A stretch of 63,375 nt of DNA, filler included, from Basidiobolus meristosporus CBS 931.73 (GCA_002104905.1; 4 parts of 4 records of this genome joined end to end with filler, not necessarily neighbours in it), one strand, 5' to 3'; counted from the whole stretch's first letter, positions 34,972 through 48,074 are shown. The notes: generated by a model not told the origin, from the sequence alone. Program-made: numbers and translations.

Positions 34972-37900
34972 AATATGTGGTGGTGTAGGGGTACTCCTGG
35001 GAGAAGCTACACAACTCAAGGTGTGTGAGGTGTCTGATGGGTGCAATAACCTCTGCGTCTAAACTGCTGGTGTCTTTGTCAATATGTCACTATGGTAAAA
35101 GCTCCTGCTTCTCTAGCTTCCTAGGTGCTCCAAGTGTCTCCAAAGGCCTCTGTGTGTCTTGTGCACTACCCTGAAAAGCTCCTTGATGGCAGGTCTGAGA
35201 TGTACTGTTGAAGGCAGGTGCAGTGATCAACTGCTAATCAATAAGGTAGAAGTGTTACTGATAGAAGGGATGATTTATTGATGAGGGATTGCTGTCCCTT
35301 AAATACTTTTCCTGATTGCCAAGTGATTACTAATGACAAGGTTCTAGAAGATTCTAGGTATCAGTGGAATTCTTGATGACATCACTATGAGCTAAAAATA
35401 TGCCAAGAATGTCCTGGAAGGTTCTAAAAGGCACAGCACTCTCAACCAATCAGGAATCAGTAGTCTGAAACCTGTGCAACATAGAAATACCATATATGGT
35501 ATTGAAATGGTAGAGATGGTAACACAGACCTAGGTCATGTGTCACAGGTACTGACGTGGGTACTTGCCTTATATAGATACATCTACTGATCACAAAGCTG
35601 AATAACATCTGGGATAACTAATGCTAATAACTAATCAGGGTAAACATAATATGGGGATAATACTGATAATATGGGCAAAAGAAGAATGGGATAATACTGA
35701 TAAGATAAAATATGGATAAGTATATCATAATGACTATATGAATAAACTTGTCTGTGGGAGGTATGTTTACCCTACCACAGCGCCAATAAGAAGGAAGAAG
35801 AAAATGCTTTAATAAGCAGTGATAACCAACAAAGGAGGTACCCAAGACCCTACAAAGGCAACAGCAACCTATTTTGCAACTACTGCAAAAGGAAAGGACA
35901 CACATCAGACCGGTGTTTCAAAAAGAGAGATTATCAACAAAAGAAGCCTGAATATGGAAATGCTGCAACAACTGAAGATAAACTATTCATATCTGCACTA
36001 AATATGACCACAAACAAGGATTCTCAGATGTGGTATATTGACTCTGGAGCTTCTCAACACTTTACACACCAAAAAGAACTTTTTACCCAATATCAAGAAA
36101 TTCCAATTAAGGTTTTCATGGGTGACAATAGAACACTTGATGCTGTGGGAGAAGGAACTATCCAAGTAAACCTTAGAAGCAGTGAAGGAAGCCATACACT
36201 GACCTTTAAAGAAGTACTCTATGTAGCCAAGAACCTACTCTCTGTAAGCAAGGCCACAGCAGAAGGACTCAGTTTCAGTTTTGACAATTCTGGATGCAGG
36301 ATCACTGATCAAAAGGGTGCCCATATTGCTTTGGGCATCAGAGATCAGAATCTATACAAGTTGACTTATATTCCATCATATTTGGAAGCCAATATAAGTA
36401 ACTTAAATGAAGAAACACCAATGCTTTGGCACAGGAGATTTGGACACATCAATTTTGATTATTTGCGTAAAATGATCAAAGATCAGCTAATTTCTGGAGT
36501 GAAAATTGATCCCTCAGCTAATTTGGAGCACTGTGAGGCCTGCATATATGAGAAACAAGCCAGACAACCGCTCAAGAGCTCTGGGCTAATCAAAACTAAG
36601 AAAAATTAGATCTAATTCACTCAGATCTGTGTGGACCTATGCAAAATTTATCCTTAGGTGGGATGAAGTATTTAATCTCTTTTATTGATGATTATACAAG
36701 ATACACATGGGTCTACTTCATGGAGAGAAAGGAAGAAGCTCTGTCAAAGTTCAGGGAGTTTAAAGCCATGGTGGAGAGAGAAACTGGTGAAAAAATCAAG
36801 AAAATACGCTATGACAATGGTGGAGAATATACCTCAAAACTCTTCATCCACTTCTGCAAAATTCATGGGATAAAGCAAGAGACTACTGTACCATACTCCC
36901 CACAGCAAAATGGAGTAGCAGAACAAGCTAACAGATCAATAATTGATATGGCAAGATCTATGATCCATGATCAAAAATTATCCTATGATTTTTGGGCGGA
37001 ATCAGTTGCCACTGCTGTATATCTTAAAAATAGGAGTTATAACAGAATACTTTGTGATTCTACTCCATTTGAAGCATGGTATGGATACAGACCAAGTACA
37101 GAACATCTAAGAATATTTGGGTGTACAGCATATGCCAAAAAAAACTGGCCAGAAATCAGTCAAAATTTGAGCCAAAAAGTGTAAAATGCATATTTTTGGG
37201 CTACCTGCAATGAGAGTAAGGCATACAGACTCTACAATACCAAAGCAAAGAAGCTGATCAAGTCCAGGGATGCTGTTGTTTGATGAAAATTCAAAATTTT
37301 CACAAAAAATGATATCAGATGATGACAAAAATTTGATCTCAAGTCCACCAATTGTCAGGATTGAATCAGAGCAAAACAATGAAAATTTTTTCACTCCAGA
37401 GGACTCTACAACCATGGTTCAGCCAGAATCAGTGCCCAGGAATATCCCAGAAGTGATCATTCCAGTATCAAATGCCCGGAGATCCAATCGGACAAGAAAT
37501 AGCCCAAATTACTATATCAATGAGGGTACAAACTTAGCCTATGCCTATTCAGTCCATATTGATGAACCCCAGACTGTAAAAGAGGCCCTAAATAGCCCTC
37601 AGACAAAGTTTTGGAGATCTGCAATGACTGAGGAATATCAGGCCCTGATGGAAAATCAAACTTGGACTTAGTCAAATTACCAATCAACCAAAAATCAATT
37701 GGATGCAGATGGGTCTTCAAGACAAAATACAAGGCTGATGGTACAATTGAAAGATACAAAGCAAGACTTGTAGCCAAAGGATACTCTCAAACAAAAGGAC
37801 TTGACTATACTGAGACCTTTGCACCGGTAGCCAAGTTTAATTCCATCAGATTAATATTGGCTATTGCAGCCAAATATAAGTTTTTTATTCATCAAATGGA

Positions 37901-39361
37901 TGTAAAAACTGCATTTTTGAATGGAGAACTTGATGAGGATGTGTATATGGACCAGCCTGATGGGTTTGTTGACCAAGATAACCCCCATTTGGTCTGCAAG
38001 CTTAAAAAGTCACTATATGGTCTCAAACAATCACCAAGAGCCTGGAATTGCAAGATAGATTCTTATTTGGAATCTTTGAGTTTCAAAAGGAGTAATGCTG
38101 ACTATAGTATATACTATAAGCCAGATAGAGCAAATCCAGTTCTATTAGCTCTATATGTGGATGATCTTATTATAGCCGCCAATAACCTAGAAACATTGGA
38201 AGAGACTAAATCCAGCCTATCTAAGGAGTTCAAGATGTCCAATCTAGGAGAACTCAGTTACTACTTAGGGATTAAGTTCTCCATAGACAGAAGTACCCAG
38301 ACTATCACCCTAAGCCAATCCAAGTATATTCAAGATATACTAAAGAAGTACAAAATGGAAGACTGTAAACCGGCAGCTACCCCAATGGAGACAAACCTTA
38401 ACTTGGTCAAAACTCAACCAAATCAAGAGAGCTTGGTGCCATCTGAAAGCCCTGACTTTCCTTATCAATCTATGGTCGGCAGTCTGATGTATATCATGCT
38501 TGGAACATGTCCAGATATCTCATATTCAGTGGGAGTTGTCAGCCAACATAATCAGAACTATGGATCTGATCATATTGCAGCAGTTAAGCGGATTTTTAGA
38601 TACCTAAAAGGAACTGCTGATATCTGCTTAAGATACACTTATAAGGATTCAGAACAGGATCTTGTGGGATACTCTGATGCTGATTGGGGACAAAATTTAG
38701 AAGACAGAAGATCCACCACAGGATACACCTTTCTTTACTGTAAAGGAGCAATTTCATGGAATTCAAGAAAGCAACCAACCGTAGCACTTTCTACCACAGA
38801 GGCAGAGTATATGGCAGCCTGTGAAGCTACAAAAGAAGCAATGTGGTTAAGAAAGCTTTTTACAGATTTAGGCCTATGTCAAAAAACGCCTATTACTTTA
38901 TTTCAAGATAATCAAGGATGTATACAATTAGGTAGAAATCCAACTTTTCATGCTAGAACCAAGCACATAGATATTAGACATCATTTCATACGTGAAGCTA
39001 TAGAGAATAACTTAGTTAGCTTAGTTTTACTGTCCTACAGATGAAATGATTGCAGACATATTTACCAAACCATTAGCTAGAGACAAGTTTGAATATCTTA
39101 GGTCAAAATTAGGACTAGTCAGTATGAACATTTAGCTGAGTGGGAGTGTTGTAAAAATTTGTAATTCCACCTAAATATTCACCTAACTTAGTCACTTAGA
39201 TCATTACCTCAAATCTAGAGAATACTGACCAAATTCCTTGTTGGGATTTACTTAGAATATTTTCACCAAAATACCAGGTACCCAGAACATGAAAATTCTC
39301 AAAGTTGACCAAACAGCCCAAACTTTGTACACATGTTCTTGGGACCTTCTTTAACCTATTC

Positions 39362-39461
39362 NNNNNNNNNNNNNNNNNNNNNNNNNNNNNNNNNNNNNNN
39401 NNNNNTTAATTAATTAANNNNNNNNNNNNNNNNNNNNNNNNNNNNNNNNNNNNNNNNNNNN
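39362..39461. other. Assembly gap (100 bp) with linker
   Basis: N runs flanking TTAATTAATTAA. Confidence 0.97.
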
Positions 39462-39639
39462 GGACAAGCTCAGATTTTCCAAGAATTCTGTACTTCACTA
39501 ATACCTAATAATTTGCAAATATTATAGAAACTTATTTCTAAGTACACATTCTGAAGCACATCATATGACAAAGTGCTGGCTCACGGTATAGCAACAATTA
39601 GCTGGACTCCTAATTATTTCAACAAGTTCCTCTAGATTG

Positions 39640-40000
39640 CACATCTTGAACTCCTCAGTTATGCTGGATGTAGTATCCTTAAACATTTTTTGGTTATTGA
39701 TGGCTATAATAAGATTATCCACATATAGAGCTAATAGAACTGAATTTCCTCTATCTGTCTTATAGGATATTACATAGTCAACAGCACACCTTGAATGCTC
39801 AAATATTCCAGATAGTAATGCAACTTGTAGTTCCAGGCTTGCAGTGATTGTTTGGGACCATATAGAGATTTGTTATGCCTACAGGTCAAATGGAGGTTAT
39901 CCTGGTCAGCAAACCAAAAGGCTGGTCCATATAAACATCCTTGCCAAGTTCCTCATTCAGAAATGCAGTTTACTGTTGCAATTTTCTGAGAAGTATTGAT
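39640..40000 (-). mobile_element. Degenerate copia RT fragments
   Basis: Blocks matching LLALYVDDLII and VYMDQP regions, with deletions. Confidence 0.6.
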
Positions 40001-40599
40001 GGTAATTTGGAGAACCTGTTGAAATATTGGACTATTTGGTATCTTTCTGCAGCTAAAAACTTACTTAACAATTCTGGACTAGTCTTGGTCACTATAGGAC
40101 TAATTTACAGCTCTAACTTTGCCACTTTCTTCAGATCTATGATCTTATGATTATTCCCTTACAGTCAGGATCAAATTAGCACTAACGCTAACTATTATGT
40201 ACTAACCCTGAAACTGTTACACAATGCTCCTGAATATTGAGAAACCCTCCTTACTTAGTGCTACAGCTGTATTACTTCTACAAAGGTATAAATACTGAGC
40301 TTATTTATTAATAAACAACAGTTCAACTATTATCACTATTTCTTGATAAGTTCCTTAGATCCAAATCACTTCTTAAATTGCAACAGAACCTGAGGATCTA
40401 TATGTTAATACCTGTTAGTTTACTGATCAAAAGTGTTGCGTTTATACTTCCCGTAAAGTAGAGTGATCAACCTGGCAGGTTTGCTAAGGCAGGACCCAAA
40501 ATATGTACACAAGGTTTAGGGTCTTTTGAACAACTTTGAGCAAGGTCACAATCTGGCTACCTGATAATTTGGTGAAAATATTCCAAGCAATTTGGCATT

Positions 40600-42090
40600 T
40601 TTTCCTGCTTGTTTGCAGCTACCTGCTCATATTGTGAAGGGCTCCAGAGAGAATCAGCTGGATTCTATACTTGTCAGGTCTTCCACTGCTACCGTGACTT
40701 AATACTACTTGTATTAATTCACATTTTCTCTTGGATAAAAGCTGCACTGATATATCTGTTTCTACCTGTCTCTTCCTTACTGCCAATCTTCAATCTACTT
40801 GAAGCTTCTTTGCCCCTTGTTTGGAGCTTTCAGTTCTGCTTGAGACAAGCTCTTGAAAAAGCAGCTAATTTTTGACTATGGCACCCTTGTGTTTCTGCTA
40901 TTCTTTAGATTCCTTAACAGCATACCAATGCTGGCCAAAAATCCATTTGCTTGTATGAGTCCTAAATATTGATCATGGGACAGGTCAAGCATATTAGGCT
41001 TGGGCTTAAGCTCCTGATAGTTCCATGGTATGCTGACCCTAAGGTAGTGCCATGCTAGACTTCTAACAGCCTCTTGAATATTAGCCAACTCTTCATCATT
41101 GCACACAATGGCTTCACAGGTCATTCATGCCTTTGACTTTCAGGCTTTGGTGTAAGCACTAAAGTCTCTCCCTCCTGTCCAGCAATTGCTTTCTTGGTGA
41201 GATTTATCTTTGGCACTATTATAGTGCTTCAAAGCATGCACAGTGTTCCTGCACTGTTACACTGGCAAGTGGCTCAGTTCTTGGCTGTGACATATAGCTA
41301 CTTGGGTTTCTTCTTTGCAGCAACAATACTGTGTTCCCTATCTGGGATGTTGCTACTTTTACATATATTATTTGACTCATCCTGTTTCTAGACTATTTCC
41401 TGATTTTGCAGAACCATTGCATCTATCCTATTGGCCACTGTACCTAATTTCCTCATTAATGATTTGGTATGAGCTGACAACATACTTGCTAATACAGGTG
41501 GTGGTGATGTTGTGACAGGCACTTGCTGGTCTGCAACCAATGGTCCTGCATGAACTACATTCTCATCCACCCCAACATTATAGTCCGCTTGCAGCTCCAT
41601 AGATATTCTCATTTGCCACTTGACTGAGAACTTGAGGAGACTGCATTATTACCTTCAGTAGGCACACCATCAACATGACCACTTTTGCATGTAGCCTTTG
41701 TTGTTGCACTATATGTCAACGCAAGCTGTTGTCCAACGGTTCTTCTGCTGCTGTCCACAGCAGGGCTTAGTTGAGAACCAGAGAACTTTCCTCTATTCTT
41801 TGGTGGCATATATATGCAAGTAAATTAAACAAGGAAGTAATGTTTTACATATACAAGTATATGTGATGCTATAGCTTAATTTATTATGCTTACTTTGGTG
41901 GGTCATCATGGAATCTTACATTCATGTAGCTGCAATGTCTCAAATACAAGATCCTCTTAAATTCCAATTAATACTGACAGAAAAGTGATATAATAGCATT
42001 AGGTTGGTGAGTGTCAAACTGCTTGCCCTACAGAGAAGACTACTATAAATCAGCACTATAAGAGAAGAGAAAAAAGACCATTTGGCTATC
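40600..42090 (-). repeat. Unclassified repeat family Y, copy 3 (longest; broken ORF starting MPPKNRGK at 41809)
   Basis: Homologous to 19650-20600 and 23575-23860. The track ORFs 41609-41809, 41388-41612 and 40876-41124 look like pieces of one decayed reading frame. Confidence 0.6.
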
Positions 42091-42400
42091 AGACTTGTTC
42101 CATTGGATAGTACCACATTGTGTCAGCCTGTTTATAGTGCCAGATTGATCTGGCACTCTATGGCACCATATAGTCTAAAATCTCTACTCTCATGCTGGTG
42201 GTAAGCTAGAGCTACTAGTAACTTTACTCAATCTTACTTATGTTGCTCTGAATAGTGCTTTCTTGCTTTATTTATTCTTCATAAGCCTTCAGGCACAGTT
42301 CTTCCAGGGTTTGTCTTCCTGTATGAACATATTGTGCATTAATAAGTAACTCAACTATTTCCCCTATTTGGCTGATTTCTCCTATATGGATTCATAATTG
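42091..42400 (-). mobile_element. Truncated second copy of the Harbinger-like element (left TIR, subterminal region, transposase 3' end)
   Basis: Begins AGACTTGTTCCATTG and aligns with 56815-57120. Confidence 0.85.
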
Positions 42401-42469
42401 GATCATGGGGGTTATACTGGTACTGATTGGGCACAAAGTTTATAAGGCAGAAGATCTACCATTGGATAC

Positions 42470-44270
42470 ACCACTTGCTGCTGCAAAGGAGCAATTTCAT
42501 GGAATTTAATAAAGCAACCAACTGTAGCACTTTCTACCACAGAGGCAGAATATTCTGCAGTCTGTAAGGCTATAAAAAAGCAATGTGGTTAAAAAAGCTT
42601 TTTAATGACTTGGGCTAATGTCAGAAAGCACCTATAATTTTATCTCAGGATAATCACGGATATATACCATTAGGTATATATCAAATTCCTCTCACTGTGA
42701 CTAAGCACACTGATAGTGGCCATTATCTCTCACCTGAGGCTACAGAGAAGAACTTGGTTAACCTAACGCACTGCTTTAACAGTGAAATGATTGCAGACAA
42801 GTTTGAATACCCTAGGTCATAATTACAACAAATTAGTATGAACATTTGGTAGAGTTAGAGTGTTGTAAAAGCTCTTTATCCACCTAAATACTCTTATAAC
42901 TTAGTCACTGATATCATTGCCTGCATATCATAGCCAGTATTAACCAAATTCCTTGTTGAGAGTTACCTGAATTATTTTCACAAAAATATCAGGTACCCAA
43001 AGCATGTAGATACTCAAGGTTGCCCAAACAGCCCCAAACTTTCCACACATGCTCTTGGGGCCTTTCAAAGCCTACTCAACATGTTTACTATACCAGACCA
43101 AATATAAGTATACATGCTTCTTTTCATTCAATTAATCATTAAGTCAAAACTGTTGTAAAAATCTGTGATTCCACCTGAATATTCACCTAGTTTGGTCACT
43201 TTGACCACTACCTTCAAGTCCTAGAGAATAATGGCCAAAGTTGTTGTTGGGATTTATTAAAATGTTTTTGCCAAGATATCAGGAATCCAGAATTTGAAAA
43301 TTCTCAAAGTTGTTGAAACAGCACCAAACTATGCACACATGTTCTTGAGACCTTCCTAAACCTACTTTAAATGTTTGCTATGCCAGAATCATGTAAAAAA
43401 CAGATATTACTTTTACATTCAATAAATTGGCCTTGCTTATGGATAGTAGTTTCTTGGCTATTTCTGGTACTTGAAATACTTCTTTGAAGGACAGAGTATG
43501 GCTTCCTTCACTGCATCTAAATTTTCTTTTACATTCAATAGATCATTAGTTGAAAATCACATTATCTACTTGTCCTCCCAATCACTTTGAATATCTCCAT
43601 AAATCTTATAGCAGGTTATGAGCCCCAAGCTGTCATGCTCTGCAAAGTTTACTACTGCTAATACTGAAAATCTTCCCTCTGCTCAAAAGTTGGATGGATC
43701 TAACTATTAAGTGTAAAAGGTGAAGCTGAAGATGCTGCCACAAGAAAGAAGCCTTTTGTCTACTCTCATGGGAGAAGAATGCCCTCCTAAAAACTTGGAA
43801 GAGGAAGCCCTAGAGTACCAGAGGAAAGTACAAACTGCCAATAACTGCACTTGCCTTAGTGTTAAAGTCAAATTGCAAATTCATTGTGCAAGAGCAAAGC
43901 CTCAAATAATGCCTGGAAGGAGCTCGAAGTCACATACCAGTCATGCTCAGCTACTAAGAAAATGTAGAGTAGACAAGAATTCTCTACAACAAAGATGCTG
44001 TCAGGATGAGCCATGAAACATCTAATTACTAGAGTTACCCTGCTGGTGGATGAGATGTAATCTATGGGCATACCAACTACTGATGAGTATCTGAGAGATA
44101 CCATCATGATTGGCCTAATAGACAAGTTTTAGGGCCTTGTATCAGCCCTAGAGTCCAGAACTGAAGATTTGACCTTAAATCATATATATGGATGGCTCCT
44201 GCATGATGAGGTAAAAAAATCAAGTGCCAACAAGAAGGACAAAGAAACTGCTTTGGTAAGCAAAAATGGC
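42470..44270 (+). mobile_element. Degenerate copia pieces: RNase H end, LTR fragments (from 42861 and 43151), LTR 3' end with PBS at 43614, decayed gag
   Basis: Family LTR and gag/RNase H motifs are recognisable with many lesions. Confidence 0.8.
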
Positions 44271-44278
44271 CAACAAAG

Positions 44279-46197
44279 TGTTGCAAGAGTCCTAGAGATA
44301 TTGGAAGTGATTGGGAGGCTAAGTAGAGTATGTGGTTTTTACTTGTTGATTTATTGAATGTAAAAGTAGTATTTTTACTTTTACATGGTACTGGCATGGC
44401 AAGCATGTAGAATAGGTTTAGGAAGGTCCCAAGAACTTGTGTGCAAAGTTTGAGGTTGTTTAGACAAGTTTGAGAATTTTCATGCTCTGGGTACCTAGTA
44501 TTTAGGTGAAAATACTTTAGGTAAATCCCAACAAGAAATTTGGTCATTATTCTCTAGGATTTGAAGGCCATGATATAAGTGACTAATTTAGGTGAATATT
44601 TAGGTGCTATTACCAATTCTTACACCACTCCCACTCAGCTAACTGCTTGTACTAACTTGTCCTAAATTTGACCTAAGATATTAAACTTATCTCTAGCTAA
44701 TGATTTGGTGAATATGTCTGCAATCCTTTCATCTGAAGGACAGTAAGCTAGGCCAATTAAGCTACTCTCTAAAGCTTCATGTATGAAATGATGTCTAGTA
44801 TTTATGTGCTTAGATCTAGCATGAAAAGTATAATATCTACTCAATTGTATACATCCATGATTATCTTGAAATAAAATTATGGGCATTGATTGACATAGGC
44901 CTAGATCATTAGAAGCTTTATTCAACACGTTACTTCTTTTGCAGCTTCACATGCTGAAATATACTCTCCCTCTGTGGTAGAAAGTGCTACAGTTAGTTGC
45001 TTTCTTGAATTCTATGAAATTGCTCCTTTACAGTAAAGAAAGGTGTATCCTGTGGTGAATCTTCTGTCTTCTAAAAATTGTTCCCAATCAGCATTAGAGT
45101 ATCCCACAAGATTCTGTTCTGAATCCTTATAAATGTATCTTAAGCAGATATCAGCAGTTTATTTTTGGTATCTAAAGATTTACTTAACTGCAGCAATATG
45201 ATCAGATCTGTAGTTCTGATTATGTTGGCTGACAACTCCCACTGAATATAAGATATCTGAATGTGCTCCAAGCATAATATACATCAAACTGCCAACCATA
45301 GATTGATAAGGAAAGTCAGGGCTTTCAGATGGCACCAAGCTCTCTGGATTTGGTTGCGTTTTGGCCAATATAAGGTTTGTCTCCATTGGGGTAGCAGCCA
45401 GTTTACAGTCTTCCATTAGATACTTCTTTAATATATCTCGAATAAACTTGGATTGGCTTAGAGTGATGGTTTGGGTATTTCTGTCTATGGAGCATCTTAT
45501 CCCTAATTAGCAACTGAGTTCTCCTAGATTGGACATCTTGAACTCTGTAGATAGACTGAATTTAGTCTGTTTCAATGTTTCTAGGTTATTGGCAGCTATA
45601 ATAAGATCATCCACATATAGAGCTAATGGACCTGGATTTGCTCTATCTGGCTTGTAGTATATACTATAGTCAGCATTGCTCCTTTTGAAACTCAAAGATT
45701 CCAGATAAGACTCTATCTTGCAATTCCAGGCTCCTGGTGATTGTTTTAGACCATAAAGAGATTTTGCAAGCTTGCAGACCAAATGGAGGTTATCTTGGTC
45801 ACCAAACTTGTCAGGCTGGTCCATATACACATCCTCATCAGGTTCTCCATTCAAAATGCAGTTTTTACATCCATTTGATTAATAAAAAACTTATACATGG
45901 ATGCAATAGCCAATATCAATCAGATGGAATAAAACTTGGCTACCAGTGCAAAGGTCTCAGTATAGTCAGGTCCTTTTGTATGAGAGTATCCTTTGGCCCC
46001 AAGTCCTGCTTTGTATCTTTCAATTGTATCATCAACCTTTTACTGTGTCTTAAAGACCCGTCCGCATCCAATTGATTTCTGGTTGATTGGCATTTTGACT
46101 AAGTCCCAAGTTTGATTTTCCATCAGGGCCTGATATTCCTCATTCATTGCAGATCTCCAAAGCTTTGTCTGAGAGCTATTTAAGGCCTCTTTTACAG
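44279..46197 (-). mobile_element. Copia 3' half (RT-RNase H-PPT-LTR 44279-44627), degenerate; left arm of inverted repeat
   Basis: Minus-strand ORFs 45507-45854, 45180-45416 and 44662-44928 are RT/RNase H fragments; 349-bp LTR. Confidence 0.9.
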
Positions 46198-48074
46198 TCT
46201 GCAATGACTGAGGAATATCAGGCCCTGATGAAAAATGAGACTTGGGACTTAGTCAAAATGCCAATCAACCAAAAATCAATTGGATGCAGATGGGTCTTCA
46301 AGACAAAATAGAAGGCTGATGGTAAAATTGAAAGAACAAAGCAAGACTTCTAGCCAAAGGATACTCTCAAACACAAGGACTTGACTATACTGAGACCTTT
46401 GCACCGGTAGCCAAGTTTAATTCCATCAGATTAATATTGGCTATTGCAGCCAAATATAAGTTTTTTATTCATCAAATGAATGTAAAAACTGCATTTTTGA
46501 ATGCAAAACCTGATGAGGATGTGTATATGGACCAGCCTGATGGGTTTGTTGACCAAGATAACCCCCATTTGGTCTGCAAGCTTAAAAAGTCACTATATGG
46601 TCTCAAACAATCACCAAGAGCATGGAATTGCAAGATAGATTCTTATTTGGAATCTTTGAGTTTCAAAAGGAGTAATGCTGAATATAGTATATACTATAAC
46701 CCGGATAGAGCAAGTCCAGTCCTATTAGCTCTATATGTGGATGATCTTATTATAGCTGCCAATAATCTTGAAACATTGCAAGAGACTATATCCATCCTAT
46801 CTAAGGAGTTCCAAATGTCCAATCCAGGAGAACTTAGTTACTACTTAGGGATTAAGTTCTCCATAGACAGAAGTACCCAGACTATCACCCTAAGCCAATT
46901 CAAGTATATTCAAGATATACTAAAGAAGTACCAAATGGAAGACTGTAAACCAGCAGCTACCCCAATAGAGACAAACCTTAAATTGGTCAAAACGCAACCA
47001 AATCAAGAGAGCTTGGTGCCATCTGAAAGCCCTGACTTTCCTTATCAGTCTATGGTTGGCAGTCTGATGTATATCATGCTTAGAACACGTCCAGATATCT
47101 CATATTCAGTGGGAGTTGTCAGCCAACATAGTCAGAACTATGGATCTGATCATATTGCAGCATTTAAGCGGATTTTTAGATACATAAAAGGAACTGCTGA
47201 TATCTACTTAAGGTACACTTATAAGAATTCAGAACAGGATCATGTGGGATACTCTGATGCTGATTGGGGACAAAATTTAGAAGACAGAAGATCCACCACA
47301 GGATACACCTTTCTTTACTCTCAAGGAGCAAGTTCATGGAATTCAAGAAAGCAACCAACTGTAGCACTTTCCACCACATAGGCAGAGTATATGGCAGCCT
47401 GGGAAGCAACAAAATAAGCAATGTGGTTAAGAAAGCTTTTTACAAATTTAGGCCTATGTTAAAAAATGCCTATTACTTTATTTCAAGATAATCAAGGATG
47501 TATACAATTAGGTAGAAATCCAACGTTTCATGCTAGAACTAAGCACATCAATATTAGACATCATTTCATATGTGAAGCTATAGAGAATAACTTAGTTAGC
47601 TTAGTTTACTGTCCTACAGATGAAATGATTGCAGACATATTCACCAATTCATTAGCTGGAGACAAGTTTGAATATCTTAGGTCAAAATTAGGACTAGTCA
47701 GTATGAACATTTAGCTGAGTGGGAGTGTTGCAAAAGCTTGTATTTCCACCTACATATCCACCTAACTTAGTCACTTAGATCATTACCTTCATATCCTAGC
47801 AAATACTGACCAAATTTGTTGTTGGGATTTACTTAAAATATTTTCACCAAAATACAAGGTACTCAGAACATCAAAATTCTCAAAGTTGTCCAAACAGCCC
47901 CAAACTTTGCACACATGCTCTTGGGACCTTCCTTAGCCTATTCTATGTGTTTGTTATGCCAAGATTATGTAAAAGTATAAATACTACTTTTGCATTCAAT
48001 AAATCATTAAGTAAAAACCACACAATCTACTTGTCCTCCCAATAACTTCCAATATGTCCAAGACTCTTACAACA
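46198..48074 (+). mobile_element. Copia 3' half (RT-RNase H-PPT-LTR 47726-48074), degenerate; right arm of inverted repeat
   Basis: ORFs 46437-47381 and 47466-47714; PPT GAGTGGGAG; 349-bp LTR. Confidence 0.9.

Larger units (their letters stand above)
32164..35779 (-). mobile_element. Non-autonomous LTR element encoding only Gag-protease (3616 bp), nested in copia A gag
   Basis: Two 804-bp LTRs TGTGGT...ACCACA (32164-32967, 34976-35779) with 3 differences by eye. 4-bp TSD GCGC (32160-32163, 35780-35783). PBS-like TGGCACCCAACATGGGG and PPT AGTGGGGGGTGGA on the minus strand. Confidence 0.93.
31553..39134 (+). pseudogene. Disrupted copia gag-pol of element A
   Basis: ORF pieces 31553-32163, 35784-36609, 36639-37184, 37270-37671 and 37662-39044 are collinear with the intact frame of element F but broken by the insertion and small indels. 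Confidence 0.9.
31200..39361 (+). mobile_element. Ty1/copia element A: 5' LTR 31200-31548, PBS, gag-pol interrupted by a nested LTR element and several frameshifts, PPT, 3' LTR from 39147 cut by gap
   Basis: 349-bp LTR TGTTGTAA...TTACAACA; gag KLDGSNY...LLQERGLWDIV; knuckle CNYCKRKGHTSDRC; WYIDSGASQH; GAG-pre-integrase LWHRRFGHI; integrase; RT QMDVKTAFLNG and YVDD; RNase H GYSDADW; PPT GAGTGGGAG. Confidence 0.95.

Noticed and set aside
38596-38787. Recurrent ~60-80 aa ORFs such as [10 protein letters not shown]..., MMIIQDTHGS... and MASFTASK... in several places
   Set aside because: They are antisense or alternate-frame shadows of the repeated copia pol, recurring only because the element is repeated.
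42861-43613. Apparent LTR-into-LTR insertion at 43151
   Set aside because: The downstream LTR end overlaps rather than continues the outer LTR and I found no TSD, so it is better described as rearranged debris.
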